The notes under the pieces are model-generated. The model had not been told where the DNA came from. It made no database searches and was given only the letters and a program-made list of their open reading frames with translations. DNA of 64,000 nucleotides. It comes from a virus (Duplodnaviria; Caudoviricetes). Where the stretch lies: positions 32,001 through 96,000 of IMG/VR virus record IMGVR_UViG_3300021603_000005; one strand, written 5' to 3'. Below, piece by piece: positions 9,365 to 17,965 of the stretch; the stretch's first letter is position 1, and each line of letters starts with the position of its first letter. A program made the translations under genes and the position numbers.

Positions 9365-9550
9365 GTGAAACAGATAACTGTAACAATCGACACAGATGGA
9401 TCATGCCAAATAGATGGGGCAAACTTCGTTGGCACCGAGTGTGAAAGGTTTATCAAAGAAGTCGAGACGACGCTGGGTGTTCGAGAACGAGTTCAGTACA
9501 AACCAGAATTTAGAACTAGACAAGTGAATAGGCAAATGCTGGGTAATTGA
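9365..9550 (+). CDS. DUF2997 family protein
   Basis: KQITVTIDTDG..IDG.NF.G.EC...E..LG...YKPEF. Confidence 0.8.
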   Translation: MKQITVTIDTDGSCQIDGANFVGTECERFIKEVETTLGVRERVQYKPEFRTRQVNRQMLGN

Positions 9551-9551
9551 T

Positions 9552-9809
9552 GTGATAAAAAGAATCAGATATCTTCTATCCCTGATACTCTGTTACAAAT
9601 TAATCGGCCAATGTGATACCACACCACAGGGAGGGATATTCTCAATCCATCAAGAATGGGTATCTGCTAATGATTTAGTCAGATACTATGGTATTACAGG
9701 CGCTAGTACGAGTAGGTTCTGCTTATTCTTAGATACGGGTCCAGTAGAATTGAGAGAGGGTGACAAAGTGGTCGTTTTTAGGAGAAAACGCCAATCAACT
9801 TCTCCATGA
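9552..9809 (+). CDS. hypothetical protein; last codons supplied by the IsrB element
   Basis: 85 aa; 3' end lies inside the inferred element left end. Confidence 0.55.
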   Translation: MIKRIRYLLSLILCYKLIGQCDTTPQGGIFSIHQEWVSANDLVRYYGITGASTSRFCLFLDTGPVELREGDKVVVFRRKRQSTSP

Positions 9810-10045
9810 GTTTGGGCGTGATGGAACCCGGTAATAGTTGATTAGACTAAGAAGAAAGGAGAAATCCTGATATTCTACGCCCAGAGGGCTACAAGTACCC
9901 TGGAACGCTACCCTAATTCCAGGCTCTACTACAGAACCATTAAATGTGGCGTTCTCGAAAGAGAACTAAGCCTTCTTGGCCTTGTCGAAGGGGTGTATAT
10001 ACGGGTTTCCAGTCCTGGCTTACAGCGAAAAAACTGGATAGGAGT
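9794..10045 (+). ncRNA. omegaRNA scaffold of IsrB (guide would be the flank just 5' of 9794)
   Basis: ~250 nt non-coding structured region upstream of isrB; AATCAACT (9793-9800) pairs with AGTTGATT (9836-9843); TCCAT/ATGGA inner stem. Confidence 0.7.
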
Positions 10046-10048
10046 ATT

Positions 10049-11071
10049 ATGGTTTTCGTGCCAGTGTTAGATAAGAATAATCTTCCATTAATGCCTACGA
10101 AACCGAGTAGGGCTAGGCGGTGGATACGCGCTGGCAGGGCAACTCCGTTTTATAGGAAAGGAATATACTGCGTTCGACTAAAGTCTAACGCGTCAGGAGA
10201 CCATAAACAAGAAGTCGTAATAGGTATTGATCCAGGATCGAAGCGAGAGGCGTACACCATCAAGTCCGAAGCCCATACCTATCTTAATATACTTACTGGT
10301 ACGCCCCATTGGGTCAAGGACGCTGTTGAACAACGTAGAATTATGCGTAGGGCAAGGCGTTTTAGGAAAACACGCCGCAGACCCACGAGGTTTAATAATA
10401 GAAAGGCTAAGAAATTAGCCCCATCAACAAGGGCCAGATGGCAACTCAAACTAAATGTGTGTAAGTTCTTGAAAAAATTATTTAACATTACTCGTTTCAT
10501 CATAGAAGATATTAGGGCCAAGGCACGAAAAAACGCAAAGAAATGGAACAAAAGTTTTAGTCCTCTCGAAGTTGGTAAGAAATGGTTCTATGGTGAACTT
10601 GGCAGTTTAGGTAGGGTATATACAAAACAGGGATACGAAACAAAAGCTTTGAGAGATATCGCTGAGTTGAAGAAAAACAAATCAAAACTAGTCGACAAAT
10701 TCGAGTGCCACAACGTAGATAGTTGGGTATTGGCTAATTGGTTAATTGGGGGCCATATTACACCGGACAACACTGAGATGATAAAATATGTTCCCCTGAG
10801 ATTTCACAGACGACAATTACATGTTATGGTTCCATCTAAAGGTGGGATAAGACGAGAATACGGTAGCACAAGAAGTATGGGACTCAAACGAGGTAGTTTG
10901 GTTTTCCATAAAAAGTATGGCTATGTATACATAGGTGGTACTTCCAAAGGAAGAATAAGTGTTCACGAATTAAACACGGGGAAAAGATTAGCACAAAACA
11001 TAAAATTAGAGGACGTGAGATTCAAGACATACTCGGGCTATAGGAGGGTGGAGAATTCCTCTCTATGCTAA
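10049..11071 (+). CDS. isrB: IsrB RNA-guided nickase (PLMP + split RuvC + bridge helix, no HNH)
   Basis: PLMP motif, RuvC-I GIDPGSK, Arg-rich RRxxRRxRR helix, RuvC-II IIEDI, RuvC-III HNVDS; 340 aa with no HNH motif; AGGAG RBS before ATG 10049. Confidence 0.85.
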   Translation: MVFVPVLDKNNLPLMPTKPSRARRWIRAGRATPFYRKGIYCVRLKSNASGDHKQEVVIGIDPGSKREAYTIKSEAHTYLNILTGTPHWVKDAVEQRRIMRRARRFRKTRRRPTRFNNRKAKKLAPSTRARWQLKLNVCKFLKKLFNITRFIIEDIRAKARKNAKKWNKSFSPLEVGKKWFYGELGSLGRVYTKQGYETKALRDIAELKKNKSKLVDKFECHNVDSWVLANWLIGGHITPDNTEMIKYVPLRFHRRQLHVMVPSKGGIRREYGSTRSMGLKRGSLVFHKKYGYVYIGGTSKGRISVHELNTGKRLAQNIKLEDVRFKTYSGYRRVENSSLC

Positions 11072-11151
11072 AGCGAAAGAGTTTCCTTCTCGATAACGCT
11101 ATGACAAAAGAACTGGAGAAAAAAGAATGTCACTAGAGGAGGAGATATCAA

Positions 11152-11599
11152 ATGACTAATACAGAACATCCTGAAGACAAACAAACGATATGGGATAGGT
11201 TTTTGATTTGGTACTATACCAATCTGGGATACCATCAATAACTATATCCCAGTTCGAATCGGAAGAATATTACATAAAATACACTGGATATCTTATTGTA
11301 TAAAGTGTTTTCTTTGGAAAAGATACAATATAGTCAGGGTCAAAACGCTTCCTTCAACATGGAATGATAGAGATGCGTTGCTTGCGCATGCTATGTTTCA
11401 AATCCTAAGAGATTTTATTGATAAAGAGGCTGGTGGCGTAGATTGGACTTTTGACGAAGAACACTTAAACGCACGTAAGAAAATGGACGAACTATTGGAA
11501 TGGTGGGACGACACCCTCGCCGCCGACAATGACGATTGTAGTGAAGTTAACGATAAGTTAAAACAGATAATTGATCTTCGTGGACATTTATGGACTTGA
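11152..11599 (+). pseudogene. frameshifted hypothetical gene
   Basis: GGAGGAG RBS + ATG 11152 (MTNTEHPEDKQTIWDRFLIWYYT) stops at 11239-11241; the +1 frame continues IWDTINNYIP...LAHAMFQIL to 11599. Confidence 0.55.
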
Positions 11600-11668
11600 A
11601 ATAGTTTCATGGCGCTAACTATTTATACATGTGAATTGTTAACACAGAACGGCCTTTTAAGGGAGGGG

Positions 11669-11810
11669 CTTTCTTTGTTGTTTTCTTTTATTTTTATTCT
11701 TTATCTTTTCGTTCTCTTTGTTTCTTTTCTTTCTTTATATATTTCTTTCTTTTCTTTGTTTCTCTTCCTTTTCTGTTTCTTGTATTTTGTTTTCTTTTTT
11801 TGTTTCTTTC
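11669..11810. repeat. low-complexity poly-pyrimidine (T-rich) tract
   Basis: ~140 nt of TTTC/TTCT/TTGT units with very few purines. Confidence 0.85.
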
Positions 11811-12144
11811 GGTGGGTATGGTTTTCAGTTATCCGTATTGCATGACGGGAAATATTATATGCGCTGCTAGGCAGAGAAGCGCCTAAAGGACGATTTCGTG
11901 GGCTCAGAACACATATCTTTTCCGTCCTGCATTTTGTTAAACACACAAGTGTCTGGTAATTATGTGGTTATGAAAACGATGTCAACGATTAACCAGACTG
12001 AAAAACCTAACAAAAGGCGAAAATCGCATTTAAGGCCATTTACAGACCCGTGGTTAAACGCAAAAGATTTTACCACCCGAGATAGCTAGTTTGCGGTTTG
12101 AGTTAAATGCCGTCAAAATACAACCGCTTGTAGGAGACTTAAAA

Positions 12145-12849
12145 TTGAAGGTGCCGGTCAACGTTGGGATCGAATTTGAATTCGCCGGTAAGAACAGGAA
12201 GTTTATCTACGATACACTAAAACAAACTGGCGTAAAAATTGGTATACAAAGCGATTATTGGATGGGGGATTATCCACTAACAAAGCAATGGAAACTTTGT
12301 TTCGATGGGTCGGTGACAGAAGTCCTTGGCCCAATGGACAAAATCGCTGGACTAGAAATAAAGACACCGATTTTTGATCCGCGTGACACTGTTGTTAGAA
12401 ATGACATGCGTAAAATTCTGAAAAGGCTGAAATCTATCGGCTGTTTCGTAACAAAGTCCTCGGGGTTGCATGTACACATCAGTTGCCCGCTAGAAGAATT
12501 TCGTGTAAGACGAAATGTCTTATCGATGTTGATAGAAAAGCACTTCAGAAAGTTTGTTAATGATTGTCGCAAGCATTACTGTAAACCAGGGTGTTCACAG
12601 GAAAAATATAGCTCCATTAGGGTATTTCCTATAGACAGGTGTCGTGGCGATATCACGCGAAACCATGTTGAAATTCGTGTGTTTAATGGGACGATGGATA
12701 CTGATACGGCTTTGTCATATTTAGACCGGGCCGTGAAGTACTATAGAATAGCACTTGAGTATAGAAAGGTCAGTCGTGAAGTGCGAAATATGCAGGATGG
12801 ATTGTGTAAAAGGGGACGAGGTGTTTGTAGTTGTGTCAGCAGTTGTTAA
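12145..12849 (+). CDS. putative amidoligase (COOH-NH2 ligase type 2)
   Basis: GIEFEF, DGSV, LEIKTP, GLHVHIS, VEIRVFNGT; TTG start after AGGAG. Confidence 0.8.
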   Translation: MKVPVNVGIEFEFAGKNRKFIYDTLKQTGVKIGIQSDYWMGDYPLTKQWKLCFDGSVTEVLGPMDKIAGLEIKTPIFDPRDTVVRNDMRKILKRLKSIGCFVTKSSGLHVHISCPLEEFRVRRNVLSMLIEKHFRKFVNDCRKHYCKPGCSQEKYSSIRVFPIDRCRGDITRNHVEIRVFNGTMDTDTALSYLDRAVKYYRIALEYRKVSREVRNMQDGLCKRGRGVCSCVSSC

Positions 12850-12973
12850 CGGAGATAATGGGTGTTTTGATGTCAGTCAAATAGCGAATGGGGATAATGG
12901 AATCGTACACAAAAAGTGTATTTCGATTTTTGAAAAATCGCCTCTTGCGTTAATAGATGCCAGGATGGTGTAA
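12776..12973 (+). CDS. small zinc-finger protein
   Basis: CEIC...HKKC; GTG start after AAAGGT. Confidence 0.55.
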   Translation: MKCEICRMDCVKGDEVFVVVSAVVNGDNGCFDVSQIANGDNGIVHKKCISIFEKSPLALIDARMV

Positions 12974-12974
12974 C

Positions 12975-14438
12975 ATGATTGATAGCGACAAGATACAATC
13001 GATATTTGGTTCAGAAAAATGTCTCATCCACAAGGGGATATCTGTCAGTAGCGATAATTTTCGACAGTTGCCGAGATATGTGTCTGAGTTCCTAATTAAT
13101 CACTATGTAGATCCAACAAGCCCTGGAAGTGGGTTACAGACAATACAAAAGCTACTGGACGAATACTATGTGGATAGCACCAAAAGGGAACTGGTTAAGA
13201 GCAAGGTACGACAACATGGTTGTTTGCCAATCTTCGGATTGGTTCGAGCCAGATACGAACAGCGCAAGGATGTGTATCTTGCAGATGTTCCGTCTCTTGG
13301 GGATGATAAGGTACGGGTTTCAGATTGTGTGTTGCGTAGGTATGGCGACGACTTACTAACTACCGGTGTGTGGGGTAGTGTTAACGTCGTATATGACAGG
13401 CAGTCTAGTAAGTATCCGTTCCTTGTTGCGGATTTTACGCCAATGCAAACCACAAATATCGATATCAACAACTGGATCTTAGCCAGGGAGAACTTCAATA
13501 CAGGTGAGTGGATAGATCTAATTATCACAAGCATCGGATTCAGTCCAGAAGCATTATCGCACGACGAGAAAATGTTGTACCTATACCGACTCATACCATT
13601 GATCCAGTATGGCGTCAACATGGTCGAACTTGGACCACCAGAAAGCGGAAAAACTTATACATATAGAAACATCAGTACATACTCTCATGTGATAAGTGGT
13701 TCAAATACCACGATGGCGACATTGTTCTACAACAAACTCAGGAGGAAGATAGGGGCTGTCGGAAAGTTCGATTGCATTTTGTTCGACGAAATAGCTCACG
13801 CCGACTTGCGCAGAGAGATGGTGGATATAGTTAACACGCTCAAGGACTTCATGGGTTCTGGGAAATTCGGTCGAGACGGAGAGGAGTTCTCGTCTGATTG
13901 TAGTATCGTATTGGCAGGTAACATAGACACGGACAGAAAGCAGCGCCGTGTCAGTGGATTTTACCGTCACCTGTTTTCCCCTCTGCCACAAATCATATCT
14001 GAAGATCGTGCGTTTCTTGATAGGATACATGGGTATATTCCTGGATGGCATGCGCACCAGATCATCCCAAGTGACTTCGCCGACACATACGGGTGGATGA
14101 TGGATTACTTCTCCGAAGTTATGCATAGAATGAGAACGCGAAACTATGAGTACATAATCCAGGAACGAGCGGATATGCCGGGAATGGGACAAAGAAATAA
14201 GACCTCAATTCTTCGTCTTGCAACCGGGCTGATTAAGCTAATTTTTCCACACAGAACACACGAGACAATACAAGATGAGGAGTTGAACTTTGTTTTGCAG
14301 CATGCGACAAGCCTACGACAGAGAGTCATTGATCAGTTGGCGGTAATATCTCCGGGTGAATTTGGTGGTAAGCTTTCTTTCGATCTAAAGGAAGGATGTG
14401 GTTATGCAAGTAAAAATCTTGAGTCAACCAGTTCTTAA
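12975..14438 (+). CDS. brxL: BrxL-like AAA+ ATPase lacking the C-terminal Lon protease domain
   Basis: LPRYVSEFLI N-domain, RLIPL..VELGPPESGKT (Walker A), ILFDEIA (Walker B), LKDFM.SG.F.R, AFLDRIHGYIPGW, DYFSE; ends at ~490 aa. Confidence 0.85.
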   Translation: MIDSDKIQSIFGSEKCLIHKGISVSSDNFRQLPRYVSEFLINHYVDPTSPGSGLQTIQKLLDEYYVDSTKRELVKSKVRQHGCLPIFGLVRARYEQRKDVYLADVPSLGDDKVRVSDCVLRRYGDDLLTTGVWGSVNVVYDRQSSKYPFLVADFTPMQTTNIDINNWILARENFNTGEWIDLIITSIGFSPEALSHDEKMLYLYRLIPLIQYGVNMVELGPPESGKTYTYRNISTYSHVISGSNTTMATLFYNKLRRKIGAVGKFDCILFDEIAHADLRREMVDIVNTLKDFMGSGKFGRDGEEFSSDCSIVLAGNIDTDRKQRRVSGFYRHLFSPLPQIISEDRAFLDRIHGYIPGWHAHQIIPSDFADTYGWMMDYFSEVMHRMRTRNYEYIIQERADMPGMGQRNKTSILRLATGLIKLIFPHRTHETIQDEELNFVLQHATSLRQRVIDQLAVISPGEFGGKLSFDLKEGCGYASKNLESTSS

Positions 14439-14970
14439 CATCGATGGACTGAGGTGGTTTCTTGAACAGAATAACTTATCGTGGACAAGTTTTGATGATA
14501 AGATGACGCACTTTGATCTCGGCGATTTGGACGGAGATTATATACCGGAGTTTGTGTCGAGATTGGCAGACAACGATTGGGAGAGTACATCTAAAAACCA
14601 CGAGTATGTTGCCAGTATCGTTGCTCAAAAACTGTATCCATTTTTGTTCTCATCGTATAGTATCGTTGTAACAGATATTGACTATGCCGTACTGGATAGT
14701 TTTAGGGATCTTGTAAACAAGTATTTCAAAGGCAATCCAGTACAGATTGTTTCAGGAGCATTGAGCAGTGGTTATTGCGTATATTGTATCGGCATCTCGT
14801 TGCGAACAGTTAGGGTTTTGTTAGATAACAATGTAGACAATGACCTGTTCGTTCATATTGTCCAGGCACTGAAAAGTGTTGCGCCATCAGCACTTAGCGA
14901 CGTGACGATAAAATGTTCGGGATCAAGAAAAATATTGGAAAAAACAATCGCTAGTGGCGGTAATAGTTAA
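14404..14970 (+). CDS. degenerate ThyX-like protein
   Basis: N-half resembles ThyX (VKILSQP...FL...DG..IPEF.SRL....W...Y...I); no HxSxxEH or RHR motif. Confidence 0.45.
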   Translation: MQVKILSQPVLNIDGLRWFLEQNNLSWTSFDDKMTHFDLGDLDGDYIPEFVSRLADNDWESTSKNHEYVASIVAQKLYPFLFSSYSIVVTDIDYAVLDSFRDLVNKYFKGNPVQIVSGALSSGYCVYCIGISLRTVRVLLDNNVDNDLFVHIVQALKSVAPSALSDVTIKCSGSRKILEKTIASGGNS

Positions 14971-14981
14971 TAGGAGGGTGC

Positions 14982-15833
14982 ATGGACTACATTAGCGCCT
15001 TCAAATCATACCTGTTGTCCGAGTGTGGTCTATCAAAAGGAACCGTAGACGGATATGTATATGATGTTCAAGAGTTTATGAAGTTCTTATTGGCAAATGG
15101 GTTGGATTATTCTGGCCGTTCAGTTGACATGTTTTTACAATCGCTCAAACTAAAATCGTCAACGCTTAACAGAAAACGTATGTCTATTAGAGCACTCTAT
15201 AGATACATGGTTTCTATCAACAAGATACAAGCAAACGAACTACTGATGATAGACCCAATCAAAACTGATTGGCAACAAATGCCAGTACTAACAGACGATC
15301 AGTGTCAGAAAATTCTACGCATGGCTAATGAGCGAGACGCAGCCATCATTTCCACACTATGCATGTCTGGTATGAGAGTAAGCGAATTGTGTCGAATGAA
15401 TGTGGGTGATGTGAGGGAGTCTGTTGATACGATTCGCATCATGGGTAAAGGCAGGGTAGAACGACTAGTTATCATTTCGGAAAAATGTAGAAAAATCATC
15501 CTTAATTACGTCAATGGATGGAGGTCGAGATTCGCCGTGCCAGATAGCAACGCGATGTTTATAAAGCAAGACGGAAGCAGACTGACTAGGCGTGCCGTAA
15601 GTGACATGATATGTCGACTGGCGAACAAGGCTGGTGTACAGCATTCTACGTCACACACAATGAGGCGAACGTATGCGACAATGGCTATGAATAATGGCGT
15701 AGATATAAAGGATGTTCAGATGCTACTTGGACACAAGTCGATTAGCGCAACGCAAAGATATCTTGGATTAAGCCAAGATAGACTTCGGAGTATCTATCGT
15801 AAGTTTCATCCATCTTGCTGCGAGGTGTCATAA
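14982..15833 (+). CDS. XerC/D-like tyrosine recombinase
   Basis: GMRVSEL, GKG..ER, HTMRRTYAT, LLGH.SI.ATQRY; catalytic R-K-H-R-H-Y intact. Confidence 0.92.
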   Translation: MDYISAFKSYLLSECGLSKGTVDGYVYDVQEFMKFLLANGLDYSGRSVDMFLQSLKLKSSTLNRKRMSIRALYRYMVSINKIQANELLMIDPIKTDWQQMPVLTDDQCQKILRMANERDAAIISTLCMSGMRVSELCRMNVGDVRESVDTIRIMGKGRVERLVIISEKCRKIILNYVNGWRSRFAVPDSNAMFIKQDGSRLTRRAVSDMICRLANKAGVQHSTSHTMRRTYATMAMNNGVDIKDVQMLLGHKSISATQRYLGLSQDRLRSIYRKFHPSCCEVS

Positions 15834-16507
15834 TGGCGGAACAGATAGAAAACACACAACAAAACATTATCGAAATCGAAGATGATCAGTATGTGTCACC
15901 AGACCATCGGCGTATCTATGTCTTTGGAAACATATCCGATGAAATAGGATTAAGAACAATACAAAAAATCCAACGACTTTCGACACAACCGGGTCCAATC
16001 TATATGTATATATCGTCTGATGGCGGAGATATCGATCCGTGCATGGCAATTATAGACCAGATGAGTGTATGTCCGTGCGACATTATAACTATTGTTGTTG
16101 GTAGGGCATGCTCTGCCGCAGCTATCATCGCTGAATTTGGAATCAAAAGATATATAATGCCAAATGCATTCATGATGTTTCATCCGATATACTATTGTTC
16201 GGGCGAGGATTATGTTGATCAACAAACCAAGATAGCTAAATTTTCGTCAGAGCAATATGACAATGCTTTGTCTATATTGGGTAAGAAATTAAGACGAAGT
16301 ACGCAAAAACTACGACAACTATTTGACAAGGGTCTATGGTTGAATTCTAAGGAAGCAATTAAACAAAAATTCGTAGACGGACTATGGACAAAAGAGCTTG
16401 AGACCCAGGCTATCAATAGTGTGTCTAGTGAGAAAAGCAACAGGGCGTTTATGGAATTGTTAAGGTTGTTCATCAATAAAATGTATCCATCCGAAACAAG
16501 GGGATAA
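15833..16507 (+). CDS. clpP: ClpP-family protease
   Basis: RRIYVFG.I, YISSDGG, GRACSAA (Ser), FMMFHP (His), WL...EA....VD. Confidence 0.85.
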   Translation: MAEQIENTQQNIIEIEDDQYVSPDHRRIYVFGNISDEIGLRTIQKIQRLSTQPGPIYMYISSDGGDIDPCMAIIDQMSVCPCDIITIVVGRACSAAAIIAEFGIKRYIMPNAFMMFHPIYYCSGEDYVDQQTKIAKFSSEQYDNALSILGKKLRRSTQKLRQLFDKGLWLNSKEAIKQKFVDGLWTKELETQAINSVSSEKSNRAFMELLRLFINKMYPSETRG

Positions 16508-16512
16508 TTGTA

Positions 16513-17001
16513 GTGACAAGAAGAATAACATCTGGATATCTTAACTACTATATCAAGTACTTCGACTCACTAATACGTAGCGCCATACGACTAAGGGGCG
16601 GTGCAAGAAAAGATTATGATGAGCTTTATGTCATAGCTGTAGAGGAATTACTATATTGTTTGTCTCGCTTTGATCGTAGGGGAGACAGTTTTCTGAAGTC
16701 ATTTATATTTGGACGAATCGTTGGTATACTTTCGCATCACGATACATGGATTAATAGATTGTCATATAGTCCAATACACAACGACAGTGCATACTACACA
16801 GAATCTCCAGATGATAAGATTTTAGTTGAAGAGTTATTAGATAGGCTAGACGATACGTCTAGGCGCATTGTCGTCGATCATTATATGAACGACATATCGT
16901 TTACGGACATAGCACAACAGACCGGTATTTCGTATGGGATAGTTTGGAGAAGGGGGCAAAAGGCGATAAGAGATCTAAAAAGGATGGTGTTGTGTGGATA
17001 A
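16513..17001 (+). CDS. sigma70/ECF-like sigma factor
   Basis: Region 2-like EL...RFD....F..FI..RI; region 4 HTH LD...R.IV..HY...SFTDIAQQTGIS...V.R....AI..L. Confidence 0.75.
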   Translation: MTRRITSGYLNYYIKYFDSLIRSAIRLRGGARKDYDELYVIAVEELLYCLSRFDRRGDSFLKSFIFGRIVGILSHHDTWINRLSYSPIHNDSAYYTESPDDKILVEELLDRLDDTSRRIVVDHYMNDISFTDIAQQTGISYGIVWRRGQKAIRDLKRMVLCG

Positions 17002-17674
17002 GATATTGAGAACTGTACCACTACAAACCCCGGTTAGCGATCTATATGTCTATTTGTCCGGACCAATTGACTTCGCGACAAACGCTACAGGATGGAGAAA
17101 CGTTATCACCAGCAGGCTTGTTGCGATGGGTTTTAGTGCAGATAGAATATATAATCCGTGTCGCAAACCACTACCGTCAGATCATTTTCTTTCTAAAAAT
17201 AGTGAGGGCGAATTACTAAAACAATATCGCAGCCTTAGAAAGTGGTCACAAAGAGACGATCTAGTTGACTTATTGGCACATATTGATCTGCGAATGGTCG
17301 ATAAATCCGACATAGTTTTTGTTAATTTTCCCAAGTTTGGCCCATCAGCATTCCAAAAAGAGATAGCCAATCTCAGTAAACTATCAATGAGTGATGATGT
17401 TTTTGCGTTTTGTAACAGCCTCATTGCGAAGTTATGTGACACGCGCGTTCAGACATACGGTACGATGCACGAGATTGTTGTAGCGAGACAACAGAAGAAG
17501 CCCGTTTTGGTTATTTGGGAAGGGGGGATAAGCGAGTCGTCTGGGTGGGTGTCTTGGCTGGTTGGCCATGAAAACATTTTCCCGACACTTGATGATGCAA
17601 TTGATCGTTTGGCACTAGTCTTAAACGGACAAAAGTTTGTGGATAATCGTCAATGGACAATATTTGGAAAGTAG
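16994..17674 (+). CDS. nucleoside 2-deoxyribosyltransferase/nucleotide N-hydrolase-like protein
   Basis: VYLSGPID...WR, YNP, DL..VDKSD, GTMHEI..A...KPV. Confidence 0.8.
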   Translation: MDKILRTVPLQTPVSDLYVYLSGPIDFATNATGWRNVITSRLVAMGFSADRIYNPCRKPLPSDHFLSKNSEGELLKQYRSLRKWSQRDDLVDLLAHIDLRMVDKSDIVFVNFPKFGPSAFQKEIANLSKLSMSDDVFAFCNSLIAKLCDTRVQTYGTMHEIVVARQQKKPVLVIWEGGISESSGWVSWLVGHENIFPTLDDAIDRLALVLNGQKFVDNRQWTIFGK

Positions 17675-17681
17675 GTAAATA

Positions 17682-17954
17682 ATGGAAGACAAGGTTGAGA
17701 GTTTTGTAAAGGCTATGTCTGCGGCTGTCGAGGCATTGGCTGAGATTAACCCAGACGCACTGAAGTCTCTTGTGGAAAGCACAAATGTTCCTGTCGGGCT
17801 AAGGGATACCGCTAAGTTCAATTTGCCGGTAGACTTTGTTACGAGGGAAGAAGTGTCGTCGTTGCGCAGAAAACTTGCTGCATCTGTCGCAGCAGAGAAG
17901 TGGACCGAGGGGTTTGTGTTTGCGCTGTGGTTGGTACGAGCCTTGGCTGTTTGA
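17682..17954 (+). CDS. hypothetical protein with hydrophobic C-terminus
   Basis: AGGT RBS, 90 aa. Confidence 0.65.
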   Translation: MEDKVESFVKAMSAAVEALAEINPDALKSLVESTNVPVGLRDTAKFNLPVDFVTREEVSSLRRKLAASVAAEKWTEGFVFALWLVRALAV

Positions 17955-17965
17955 GGAGAACAAAC

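Larger units (their letters stand above)
9794..11100 (+). mobile_element. non-autonomous IS200/IS605-superfamily element carrying IsrB
   Basis: Left end ATCAAC...GTTGATTAG; right-end hairpin ATTCCTCTCTATGCTAAAGCGAAAGAGTTTCC followed by ATGA; no tnpA. Confidence 0.75.

Noticed and set aside
9944-10048. Longer N-terminus for the IsrB ORF, or calling it IscB/Cas9
   Set aside because: The upstream part lies in the omegaRNA and the RBS supports ATG 10049; there is no HNH domain and no CRISPR array
11609-11946. ORFs 11609-11845 (+, Phe-rich) and 11701-11946 (-, Lys-rich)
   Set aside because: Both are translations of the low-complexity T tract, with no RBS or domain; the KEIYKE resemblance to replication-protein linkers is not supported by any flanking domain
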